Positions 49,342-57,924 are shown, counted from the stretch's first letter. The stretch is 64,000 nt of DNA from an uncultured Chloroflexia bacterium (GCA_963712165.1 CAVQGY010000002.1:618795-682794); one strand, 5' to 3'. A program made the numbers and translations. Notes: generated by a model from the sequence alone, not told the origin.

Positions 49342-49442
49342 ACCTAACGGATTGAGCTAACCTGCTGCCGGGTCGTGGTTTGAAGGATCGATTTCCCAGG
49401 CCGCGCACCTTAACCGGCAGTCAGGTTGAGCGGTGGTTAGGT
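49342..49442 (-). repeat. attC of the first cassette
   Basis: Canonical arms; GTTAGGTAGCC pairs with GGCTACCTAAC at 49995-50005. Confidence 0.92.
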
Positions 49443-49464
49443 AGCCTCTTATGGGTCAATGTAA

Positions 49465-49986
49465 TCAGTCAGTCAAAGACTCCACCTTCAAGAAAAAATT
49501 ATGCAGATCGATCATTTTTTGACCTGCAAATGTTCCGCAACTTGGAGCAGAAAATGCGGTGGTCAGTTCAATATCATTTTGTAACTTCTGACTATTTACC
49601 GCGATAATGATATTTGCTTCGTTTGCGCCGCGAAGGCTGTATCTTACATAATCTCTCTTAAATTGCTTCATAGACTTCGCTTTTGATGCCTTATAAGCTG
49701 GCCAATCACTTTCCTTGTTGTTTTTCCATTCAGGTGGATAATCATCCTCATCCATATATTCACAATCAAAGAATTTGCTTTCAATAATTGGGCCTATTTC
49801 ATCTGGATGATCAAAAGCTATTTTTATTGCTCCATCATCTTTTTCAATATAAGCTCCAAGGAAATAATAAGATGATACGATTATGGCTTCTTTGCTATTT
49901 CTCGAAATAAAAACACTACACTGGTTCACAAATTTCATGCTTGGTTTACTTGTGGGTTCTTTCCCTGGAAATAGTTTCATAATCAT
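49465..49986 (-). CDS. hypothetical protein, first cassette (possible CdiI-like immunity protein)
   Basis: WPAYKAS..KS.K.F..DY pattern; the ORF-track start at 50016 lies beyond the cassette boundary. Confidence 0.55.
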   Translation of the reverse strand: MIMKLFPGKEPTSKPSMKFVNQCSVFISRNSKEAIIVSSYYFLGAYIEKDDGAIKIAFDHPDEIGPIIESKFFDCEYMDEDDYPPEWKNNKESDWPAYKASKAKSMKQFKRDYVRYSLRGANEANIIIAVNSQKLQNDIELTTAFSAPSCGTFAGQKMIDLHNFFLKVESLTD

Positions 49987-49998
49987 CCAATTATGGCT

Positions 49999-50115
49999 AC
50001 CTAACGTTCTGCCCATGCGAGGTTAATCAGTGTCTTCGAATGTAAGCATTATCGCCTAGAGTGCTACCGATAAGAAGCAGGATTTCATCAGAAATGACCT
50101 AACGTTAATTATCTT
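49999..50115 (-). other. attI region: two candidate GTTAGGT core sites (50005 and 50103)
   Basis: ACCTAACGTT occurs at 49999-50008 and 50097-50106; the second has an L-box-like GATAAT upstream. Confidence 0.6.
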
Positions 50116-50169
50116 ACAAATGCGCGATAAGCACTTAGGCGTTATCGTGCAATAGAACTGCCTAAGGTA

Positions 50170-50199
50170 TTGATTCTTGTCCCTGGTCCTAGCTATAAT
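50170..50199 (+). promoter_or_regulatory. putative PintI: TTGATT-N18-TATAAT
   Basis: -35 at 50170-75, -10 at 50194-99, upstream of the intI ATG. Confidence 0.55.
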
Positions 50200-50202
50200 C
50201 GC

Positions 50203-50211
50203 AGTATAGCA
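50203..50211 (-). promoter_or_regulatory. candidate Pc: extended -10 TGnTATACT facing the array
   Basis: Reverse complement of agtatagca. Confidence 0.35.
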
Positions 50212-50236
50212 TATTCGTTCTCATCAAGGGGGTTGG

Positions 50237-51226
50237 ATGACTGAGAAGAAACTCCTCGACCGCGTCCGTGAGGTCCTGCGCCGCAAGAACTACGCCTACC
50301 GCACTGAACAGGCTTACTTGTCCTGGATCAAGCGTTATATCTTCTACCACAACCTGAAACACCCTGCAGACCTCACCGAACCCGATATCGAATCCTTCCT
50401 GACCTATCTCGCCGTTGACCGCAGGGTAGCTCCTTCTACCCAAAATCAGGCGCTGGCAGCCCTCAAGTTTCTTTACCAAGAGGTCCTCCACCTCCCCCTT
50501 GACGAAGATATTCTCCCCGTCCCTGCCAAACGCTCCAAACACCTGCCCGTGGTGCTCAACCGGCGGGAGGTCCAGGCCCTTTTATCCCATTTGAGTGGTG
50601 TTCACCTGTTAATCTGCCAGCTGCTCTACGGTGCCGGCCTGCGGGTCTCCGAAGGCCTCCAGATGCGGATCATGGACATCGACTTCGACCGGGGCGAGAT
50701 TATTGTCCGCAGCGGCAAAGGGGGCAAGGACCGCCGCACCATGTTGCCGGAGGTGGTTCGGCCGGCATTGAAACGCCATCTTAAAGCGGTCAAGCTGGCC
50801 CACGAGAACGCGCTGGCAGCAGGCCATGGTACTGTGGCGCTGCCCCGGGGACTGGCCCGTAAATATCCCGGCGCGGCCAGCGAATGGGGCTGGCAGTATC
50901 TCTTCCCGGCTCCCAAGCCCTCCACCGACCCTCGCACAGGCGCCTTCAGGCGCTACCACCTGCATCCCTCGGGAGTACGGCGGGCTGTCCGGGAGGCGGC
51001 CCGCAGAGCGGGTTTGACCAAACATGCCACCCCCCATACCTTCCGGCACAGCTTTGCCACCCACTTGCTGGAGGATGGCTACGACATCCGCACTGTCCAG
51101 GAGCTGTTAGGCCACGCCGATGTCAAGACCACCATGATCTACACCCATGTGCTTAATAAAGGAGGCAAGGGAGTGAAAAGTCCCCTGGATGGAATTATTA
51201 AGGGAAAAGAAATCAGTAAACGGTGA
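50237..51226 (+). CDS. intI: integron integrase
   Basis: [25 protein letters not shown], integron-specific insert [42 protein letters not shown]. Confidence 0.97.
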   Translation: MTEKKLLDRVREVLRRKNYAYRTEQAYLSWIKRYIFYHNLKHPADLTEPDIESFLTYLAVDRRVAPSTQNQALAALKFLYQEVLHLPLDEDILPVPAKRSKHLPVVLNRREVQALLSHLSGVHLLICQLLYGAGLRVSEGLQMRIMDIDFDRGEIIVRSGKGGKDRRTMLPEVVRPALKRHLKAVKLAHENALAAGHGTVALPRGLARKYPGAASEWGWQYLFPAPKPSTDPRTGAFRRYHLHPSGVRRAVREAARRAGLTKHATPHTFRHSFATHLLEDGYDIRTVQELLGHADVKTTMIYTHVLNKGGKGVKSPLDGIIKGKEISKR

Positions 51227-51315
51227 TCAGTAATCGGTAATCAGTATTCCGGGATAAATCTCAGGAAAGCACTTAAGGACAGTGGTTTCCTGGTCGCTAT
51301 CTTCAATTTTCAATT
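51224..51315 (+). repeat. heptamer tandem repeats (GTAATCR, TYTTCAA) downstream of intI
   Basis: gtgatcagtaatcggtaatcagtattc; cttcaattttcaatt. Confidence 0.55.
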
Positions 51316-51374
51316 GGATCCCAAGCGCAGGATCGGCTTCCCCCAGCCAGCCTTAAGTTAGAAAATCCCGCAGG

Positions 51375-51926
51375 TCAAACACTTGGGAGAGAGCCGTAAA
51401 GGCCAGGCTGTGCCGGAATAGGCCGCTTTTGATCTCCCCTTTGAGCTCCTCCAGACTTAACACCGCGACGGTCCAGGTTTTCCCCCTTCTCCTGGGCTGG
51501 TGGGGCGGTCTTATGCGCGTCCCGGGCCAGCCAGTGGTGGCAGCGGTTGTTGATATAAGCCGGGTTGGGCGCCACCCAGCCCAGATAAACCCAATCCCCG
51601 CTGCTGAATCCGGTCTCTTCTAGGAGCTCCCGAGCTGCGGCTTCGCGGGAATCCTCTCCCGGCTCGACGATCCCGGCCGGGATCTCCAGCGTGATCTCGC
51701 CACTACCAAAGCGGTACTGCTGAACCAGCACCAACCTGCCTTCCGGAGTTAACGCTACCACGTTGACCCAGTCCGGCGCTTCCAATACGGTGGCTTTTAC
51801 GGTGTGTCCATTGCGGGGGTTTTCCAGCCAATCGAACCGGGTCCGAAACAGGGTCAGGTCGGGGCCGGGTTCTGTTTTGATATGTTTCCAGCTTTTAAGG
51901 GGATTGGAGTCGTTCACGGATGCCAT
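51375..51926 (-). CDS. NUDIX hydrolase (ADP-ribose pyrophosphatase-like); C-terminus probably frameshifted
   Basis: LEIPAG..E.GE....AA.RELLEETG. Confidence 0.85.
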   Translation of the reverse strand: MASVNDSNPLKSWKHIKTEPGPDLTLFRTRFDWLENPRNGHTVKATVLEAPDWVNVVALTPEGRLVLVQQYRFGSGEITLEIPAGIVEPGEDSREAAARELLEETGFSSGDWVYLGWVAPNPAYINNRCHHWLARDAHKTAPPAQEKGENLDRRGVKSGGAQRGDQKRPIPAQPGLYGSLPSV

Positions 51927-51934
51927 CCTGATAG

Positions 51935-51977
51935 GTTAAACGCTCAACGTTAAACGTTAAACGTTCAACGTTTAACG
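51935..51977. repeat. heptamer tandem repeat (AACGTTH)n
   Basis: gttaaacgctcaacgttaaacgttaaacgttcaacgtttaacg. Confidence 0.75.
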
Positions 51978-52018
51978 ACTTCCGTTGCTCAATAGAAGAC
52001 TGCTTACAAACGGATATT

Positions 52019-53827
52019 TTAATCCACCGTTAACGTCTTACTCAGGTTTCTCGGGAAATCTGGGTCATACCCCCGCGCCAGGCTGCAGCGGTAGGATAGC
52101 AGTTGCAAAGGAACCACACTCAACAGGGCCACCGCGGCCGGGACCAGATCTGCTGGCAAGTCTGGTTTCGGTATGATCAGCGTCTGGTGGGCATTGGCAT
52201 CCAGGCGGGGGTCCTCCAGGCCGATGGCGATGACATGACCGCCCCGGCAGGTAACCTCGTTGATCCCGCTGACGATCAAGGGGATATCCTCGGGTCCGGC
52301 GGTGAAGATCACCGGGTAGCCGTCATAAACCGCGGAAAGCGGACCATGTTTAAACTCGGTCGACAGCATGCCCTCGCAGTGGGCATAGGTGATCTCCTTG
52401 AATTTCAAGGCGCCTTCCAGGGCCACCGGGTAGGTCAGTCCGTAGCCCAGGCTGTAAAGATCATCCCATCCGTCCAGCTTCTCGACCAGGGGCTCGATTT
52501 GTTCTTCTGTCTTCTCAAGGGTCAGGTCGATCAGGTCCGGTATCTTCCGCAGTGGGGACGTTTTATGTCCGCCCCAGCGCAGGGCGATATAGAGCAGGGC
52601 CAGAACCTGGTTGAGATAGGTCTTGGTGGCCGGCACGCTGATCTCGTATCCGCAAGCCAGGGGTAGGTGCACGTCGCTGATCAGGGTCAGGGTCGATCCA
52701 ACCACATTGACCAGGTCGAGCACGCCCATGCCCCGGGCCCGGGCGGCCTCCACGGCATTGATAACATCCTTGGTTTCTCCGCTCTGGGTGATGAATATCC
52801 CCACATCCTCCGGCCCCACCGCATTTCCGTACTGGGCCGAGAATTGGGGCGCTATCACGGGGATGGCAGACCGGCCGGCGAATTTGTTAAAGTAGATCGA
52901 TCCCAGCAGTCCTGCATGGTAGCTGGTGCCGCAGGCGATGACATAGATGTCCCGGGCCTGGTCCAGTTTTTCAATGAATTGGTCCACCTCAATGGTTCTA
53001 TCCAGTAGATCCAAAAGTTCCCCGGCCACCTTGCTCTGCTCGTGGATCTCCTTGAGCATGAAGTGAGGATAGCCTCCTTTCTGGGCTGCTTCCATGCTGT
53101 CTTCCACGATCTCCGGGTCGCGCTCAATGATCGATCCATCTTCTACGCTGGTGATCTCATATCCCCCTGCCCAGAAGCTGATGATCTCGCCGTCCTGCAG
53201 GCGCAGGATCTGTGGTGTGAGGGGCAGGATCGAGGGCAGGTCAGATCCGATGCATACCATATCATCAGTGATCCCGGCCACCAGGCCGGAGCCCATCTTG
53301 ATGGCATAGAGGCGGTCTTCGCCCACTGCCCCGATCACAAAACTATAATCGCCTTCGAGGTCTTTGGTGGCCATCCGGATAGCTTCCACCATCCCGTGTC
53401 CCCGGTCCACATAGCGCTCCACGGCATGCACGCAGCTCTCGCCATCATTTTCAGATCGCACGGTCATACCCTCGGCCCGGAATTCACTCATCAGTTCGAC
53501 ATTATTGACCACATTGCCGTTGTGGGCTCCGACCAGGTCGCCGTCAGAATCCAGGTGGGGTTGGGAATTGATCTTCGAAGGGGCACCGAAGGTGGCCCAG
53601 CGCAGCTGCAGGATGGCCCGGTCCCCGGTCATTTCCGCGAAGTTGTACTTCTCCGCCACTTCCTGGACCTTGCCGGCATCCTTCCGCAAATCGATTTCCC
53701 CTTCCGCGGGAAGAGTAGCTGCCCCAACAGTGTCGTATCCCCGGTATGACAAACGCTCCCCGGCTCCAATCAGGATAGGACCGAGCTCGATGGTTTCCCT
53801 GGTTACAATACCAAAAATGCCGCACAT
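52019..53827 (-). CDS. glmS: glutamine-fructose-6-phosphate transaminase (isomerizing)
   Basis: MCGIFG, RGYD, HNG, MLKEIHEQ, QSGET, EGALKFKE, KHGP, PRNLSKTLTV. Confidence 0.9.
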   Translation of the reverse strand: MCGIFGIVTRETIELGPILIGAGERLSYRGYDTVGAATLPAEGEIDLRKDAGKVQEVAEKYNFAEMTGDRAILQLRWATFGAPSKINSQPHLDSDGDLVGAHNGNVVNNVELMSEFRAEGMTVRSENDGESCVHAVERYVDRGHGMVEAIRMATKDLEGDYSFVIGAVGEDRLYAIKMGSGLVAGITDDMVCIGSDLPSILPLTPQILRLQDGEIISFWAGGYEITSVEDGSIIERDPEIVEDSMEAAQKGGYPHFMLKEIHEQSKVAGELLDLLDRTIEVDQFIEKLDQARDIYVIACGTSYHAGLLGSIYFNKFAGRSAIPVIAPQFSAQYGNAVGPEDVGIFITQSGETKDVINAVEAARARGMGVLDLVNVVGSTLTLISDVHLPLACGYEISVPATKTYLNQVLALLYIALRWGGHKTSPLRKIPDLIDLTLEKTEEQIEPLVEKLDGWDDLYSLGYGLTYPVALEGALKFKEITYAHCEGMLSTEFKHGPLSAVYDGYPVIFTAGPEDIPLIVSGINEVTCRGGHVIAIGLEDPRLDANAHQTLIIPKPDLPADLVPAAVALLSVVPLQLLSYRCSLARGYDPDFPRNLSKTLTVD

Positions 53828-54010
53828 AGTTTTCACCCTCCTGGAGAGGTGTTGGTTTTGAGCCATTATTCTACCATTTCAGCCCAGGTAAATAGTCATC
53901 AGTTGACTTGATTTGGGCCAGATCCTGATCCATCCTCAAGCTAAGACCCACCTGTTATTCGATGATAAAATAGTCATATCTTGTGAGCGAAAATAGGTGA
54001 GGATAGACAT

Positions 54011-54331
54011 ATGGGTGAAAGCATATCCCGGGAAGATTTCCGACGGCTGGCTGAGCTGGCCTCTCTGGAGCTACCGGAAGAAGAAGCAGAGTATCTAAGA
54101 AAGGAATTGAACAACCAGATGATCTCCATAGAGGTCCTGGAGTCCATTCCGATTGACGCTGAAACTGGCAAGGCAGCCCACGGTCTGCCCTATACAGACC
54201 TTAACAGCGCTCCACCACGGGAGGATATCAGCCGCCAGGATCCCAACCGCCAGGCGATCCTCGACCAGGCCCCGGAATTGGAGGATGGCTACATTGTTGT
54301 CCCGGATATCTCTCACCAGGAGCTGGAGTAA
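54011..54331 (+). CDS. gatC: Asp/Glu-tRNA amidotransferase subunit C-like
   Basis: LAELA.LEL..EE, RED, IL.QAP...DGY..VP. Confidence 0.8.
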   Translation: MGESISREDFRRLAELASLELPEEEAEYLRKELNNQMISIEVLESIPIDAETGKAAHGLPYTDLNSAPPREDISRQDPNRQAILDQAPELEDGYIVVPDISHQELE

Positions 54332-54334
54332 GGC

Positions 54335-55936
54335 ATGAAGACTTGTGATCTACCTGCTTATACTGTCGCTGACCTGATCAAGACCAAGCAGATCTCTGCG
54401 GAGGAAGTCCTGGAAGATACCCTGGAGAGGATTCACCAGGTAGACGGGCGCCCAGGGGAAGTTGATGCCCCCGAAGCGCACTCGAAGGAAGATCTCTCCA
54501 CAGTGCATGCCTTCACACTGGTCACGGAAGACTACGCCAGGGAGCAAGCCCGGAAGATTGACCGGCTAATCCAGGAGGGAGTCAATCCCGGCCCGCTGGC
54601 AGGTGTGCCCTATACAGCCAAGGACATCTTCACCGTAAAAGGGATCCGGTCGACGGCCGGGTCCAAGATACTTTCCAACTACATCGCGCCCTACTCGGCC
54701 ACCGTGGTAGAACGCATGGAAGCTGCTGGCGCGGTGATGCTCGGCAAGGTCAATCTGGACGAGTTCACTTATGGATCCTCCAGCGAATCCTCCGCCTATA
54801 AACCAGTGCCCCGTAATCCCTGGGATACCAGCCGTGTGGTAGGGGGGTCCTCCGGCGGAAGCGCCGCTGCAGTCGCGGCTGGAGAAGGCGCCATTTCCCT
54901 GGGAACGGATACCGGGGGCTCGATCCGGCACCCGGCATCTTTCTGCGGCACAGTAGGTTTAAAGCCAACTTACGGCCGGGTCTCACGCTACGGCTTGATC
55001 GCCTTTGGGTCTTCCCTGGACTGCCCGGGTCCGCTGACCAGGAATGTCACCGACGCAGCCCTTGCTCTCCAGGCTATCGCCGGCCAGGACCCCCGCGACG
55101 CCACCTCGGCTACAGTGCCCGTTCCGGATTATCTGGCAGAGATGGAAAAAGATATTCGAGGCATCCGAATCGGTCTATCCGAGGAATTCTTCCGCGTGAC
55201 CTATTTTGATGCGGAATCCATGGAGCTGGTTGAAAATCCTATCGATCCCCAGATCCAGGACGCGGTGCTCAGCGCGGCCGGTTTCCTGGCCCAGCTGGGC
55301 GCGGATATCGTCACTGATGTGCCGCTGCCTCACACCCAATATGGCGTACCGACCTATTTTGTGATCTCCCGGGTGGAGGCTTCTTCCAACCTGCTCCGCT
55401 TTGATGGGGTCAAATATGGCTATCGGACAGAAGAGACCTTCACGGACCTTCTTGAGCTTTACCGCAAGACCCGCGGTGAGGGATTTGGGATCGAACCTAA
55501 ATTGCGCATGTTGATGGGTATCTACCTCAGCGCAGCCCAGTTTGACAAGGGTTATTACGAAAGAGCCCTGAAAGCCCGGGCCTTGATGCGGGGTGATTTT
55601 GAAACCATTTTCGATCCCAAGGGAAAATACCGCCTGGATGCCCTGCTGACGCCCACCGCGCCTTCAACAGCCTTCCCGATTGGCAGCGTCTACGGCGATT
55701 CGGTCTTGATGCAGTACTCCGATCAGCTCACTGCTACAACAGATCATGCGGGCATTCCCGGACTGTCCTTCCCGGTGGGCTTTGACCGGGACAATCTGCC
55801 TATTGGCGCCCAGGTTTTGGGACCGGATTACAGCGAAGGGCAGCTGCTGCGGATCGCCCACGCCTATGAAAAAGTGACCGCAGCTGAAGATTGGCGGAGT
55901 TTGCAGCCCCCCGTGATTGCTGGCCTGCCTTCCTGA
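54335..55936 (+). CDS. gatA: Asp/Glu-tRNA amidotransferase subunit A (amidase)
   Basis: KD, GK.NLDEF..GSS.E, GGSSGGS, GTDTGGSIR.PA, EASSNL.RFDG.KYG.R. Confidence 0.88.
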   Translation: MKTCDLPAYTVADLIKTKQISAEEVLEDTLERIHQVDGRPGEVDAPEAHSKEDLSTVHAFTLVTEDYAREQARKIDRLIQEGVNPGPLAGVPYTAKDIFTVKGIRSTAGSKILSNYIAPYSATVVERMEAAGAVMLGKVNLDEFTYGSSSESSAYKPVPRNPWDTSRVVGGSSGGSAAAVAAGEGAISLGTDTGGSIRHPASFCGTVGLKPTYGRVSRYGLIAFGSSLDCPGPLTRNVTDAALALQAIAGQDPRDATSATVPVPDYLAEMEKDIRGIRIGLSEEFFRVTYFDAESMELVENPIDPQIQDAVLSAAGFLAQLGADIVTDVPLPHTQYGVPTYFVISRVEASSNLLRFDGVKYGYRTEETFTDLLELYRKTRGEGFGIEPKLRMLMGIYLSAAQFDKGYYERALKARALMRGDFETIFDPKGKYRLDALLTPTAPSTAFPIGSVYGDSVLMQYSDQLTATTDHAGIPGLSFPVGFDRDNLPIGAQVLGPDYSEGQLLRIAHAYEKVTAAEDWRSLQPPVIAGLPS

Positions 55937-56002
55937 CTCAGCAGCCGCACATAAAGGGAAGATCAGACCGGGGGAGAGAACAGACTTCCAGATGGGAGAA
56001 AG

Positions 56003-56707
56003 ATGGTCGATTGGATTGCCTTTGACGCCGATGATACCTTGTGGCGCAATGAGGAATATTATCTGGATGGCAGGGACCAGTTCTTCCAGATCCTGGGAAG
56101 ATATGGCCTGCAACCACAGGAAATGGCGGATTTCGACCGCTTTGAGGTCGATAATATCCCCTATTTCGGTTATGGAGCGATGAGCTTCATCCTTTCCATG
56201 ATCGAGCTGGCTATCGAGATCACGGAAAACAAGATCCATCCCGCTGATATCCAGCAGATCATTCAACTGGGGAAAAAGATGCTGACCCATGAAGTGATCC
56301 TGTTTCCGGGTGTGGAGGAATTGCTGGAATCCCTGTCAGTCGAGTTTCCTCTGATGCTGATCACCAAGGGGGACCTGTTCCACCAGCAGCGAAAATTCAA
56401 GGATTCAGGTTTAGAGGATCATTTTCAGGCCCTTGAAGTGGTCAGCGAAAAAGATCAATCCGTATACAGCGAGATCCTTGATCGGTATGGGATCCGCCCC
56501 GAACGGTTTTTAATGATCGGCAACTCTCTGCGTTCGGATATCCTTCCTGTACTGGATCTGGGCGGCTGGGCACTTCACCTGGCCGGCCATCCTACCTGGT
56601 CCCATGAGGATGACCCTCTTGTGAAATCCTTCCCCGAGCGCTACCTGGAGGCGGAGGGCATTCCCCAGGTATATCAATGCCTGCTCGAGGCAGGTTTGGT
56701 TCAGTGA
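56003..56707 (+). CDS. HAD family hydrolase
   Basis: FDADDTLW.NE, ITKGD, MIGNSLRSDI.P. Confidence 0.9.
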   Translation: MVDWIAFDADDTLWRNEEYYLDGRDQFFQILGRYGLQPQEMADFDRFEVDNIPYFGYGAMSFILSMIELAIEITENKIHPADIQQIIQLGKKMLTHEVILFPGVEELLESLSVEFPLMLITKGDLFHQQRKFKDSGLEDHFQALEVVSEKDQSVYSEILDRYGIRPERFLMIGNSLRSDILPVLDLGGWALHLAGHPTWSHEDDPLVKSFPERYLEAEGIPQVYQCLLEAGLVQ

Positions 56708-56710
56708 TAA

Positions 56711-57235
56711 ATGAATAGTGCCATGTACCTGGCTGCCTGGGGAATCTTCACATTGCTGCTGCTTGGTTTCACGCTGTCCCGACCCCATCCCTACCGCTTT
56801 CCTCGATTCCTGGCTTTTGAGAGCATCCTGACCCTGTTATTTCTGAACGCCAGGGCTTGGTTCCAAGATCCCCTTTCAGTTCACCAGCTGCTCTCCTGGC
56901 TCTTCCTTGCCGGGTCATTGCTCCTGGCGGGGGGCGGTTTATACCTGATCAAGACCCGCGGCAACCCGTCCGGGGATCTTGAGGAAACAACTACCCTGAT
57001 CACAACCGGCCTGTATTCTTATATCCGCCACCCACTTTATGGCTCTCTGATCGCCTTCGGGCTGGGCGCTTTTCTAAAGGATCCCTCTCTGGTTGGGGCT
57101 GCTCTGGTAATTTCAACATTCCTGGGAGCGCAGATGACAGCCCGAATCGAAGAAATCCATAATCTGGAACGCTTCGGGAGTATTTACCAGGACTATATGG
57201 AGAGGACCAAACGGTTCCTACCATTTATATATTAG
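56711..57235 (+). CDS. isoprenylcysteine carboxylmethyltransferase family protein
   Basis: L.TTG.Y..IRHPLY, EE......FG..Y..Y...T.RF.P. Confidence 0.85.
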   Translation: MNSAMYLAAWGIFTLLLLGFTLSRPHPYRFPRFLAFESILTLLFLNARAWFQDPLSVHQLLSWLFLAGSLLLAGGGLYLIKTRGNPSGDLEETTTLITTGLYSYIRHPLYGSLIAFGLGAFLKDPSLVGAALVISTFLGAQMTARIEEIHNLERFGSIYQDYMERTKRFLPFIY

Positions 57236-57255
57236 ATGAGTAAGGCAGGAATGTT

Positions 57256-57924
57256 ATGACCAAGATCCTTGAAAAACAAGGTTGGCATTTGCTGACAGCA
57301 GCACTGCTGGCTGCAGGAGTCTGGTTGGCTGCCCGATGGATGGGCCTGTCAGGTACCGCCCTGGGCCTATCCACCGGAGCCTGGCTGGTACTCGCGGTGG
57401 TCCTGCCTATTCTCCATCAGTTTTATGTGGTCCTGCTCTGGAGGGGAGAATACCATTATCAGTGGCTGTCCCGGAAATATGGGAAGTGGGCTTTTCGGGT
57501 TTGGGCAATCGGGTTCATGATCCTTTTTTTATCCCGCCCGATCACGATCCTGGCCCTGGGGACCGCTGACCGAGGGAGTCTGCCTGTCCCGCCCTGGTTG
57601 AATATTCCCTTGATCGGGATCTTGACCCTGATCTGTATCTATATGGGGTATTCTTTTATAAGATATTTTGGGGCCAAGCGCGCCCTGGGCATGGACCATT
57701 TTGAACCCGATCTCTATCGGGAACTACCTTTTGTGAGGGAGGGGATCTTCAGGTGGTCTTCCAATGCCATGTACACCTATGCTTTCCTGGCGCTGTGGCT
57801 GATCGGCCTGGCCTTCCAGTCCCGGGCTGCTTTGGTGGGAGCTCTTTTCAACCATCTTTTTATCTGGGCCCACTATTTTTTTACTGAGCTCCCGGATATG
57901 CGGGCCATATATGGTGAAAAATGA
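57256..57924 (+). CDS. phosphatidylethanolamine N-methyltransferase-like membrane protein
   Basis: G.DHF, V.EGIF.W.SN.MY, TE.PDM..IY. Confidence 0.7.
   Translation: MTKILEKQGWHLLTAALLAAGVWLAARWMGLSGTALGLSTGAWLVLAVVLPILHQFYVVLLWRGEYHYQWLSRKYGKWAFRVWAIGFMILFLSRPITILALGTADRGSLPVPPWLNIPLIGILTLICIYMGYSFIRYFGAKRALGMDHFEPDLYRELPFVREGIFRWSSNAMYTYAFLALWLIGLAFQSRAALVGALFNHLFIWAHYFFTELPDMRAIYGEK

Larger units (their letters stand above)
3150..51226. mobile_element. Sedentary chromosomal integron: intI plus ~50-cassette array on the minus strand
   Basis: Integron-type tyrosine recombinase, ~51 attC-like palindromes, all cassette ORFs co-oriented and divergent from intI, many stop codons inside the R'' box. 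Confidence 0.95.

Noticed and set aside
39267-49442. CRISPR array interpretation of the regularly recurring repeats
   Set aside because: Repeats are ~100-125 bp imperfect palindromes with R/L boxes separated by gene-sized spacers; no cas genes; these are attC sites
50609-56788. Many overlapping opposite-strand ORFs over intI, glmS, gatA and HAD
   Set aside because: Shadow ORFs expected in GC-rich coding DNA
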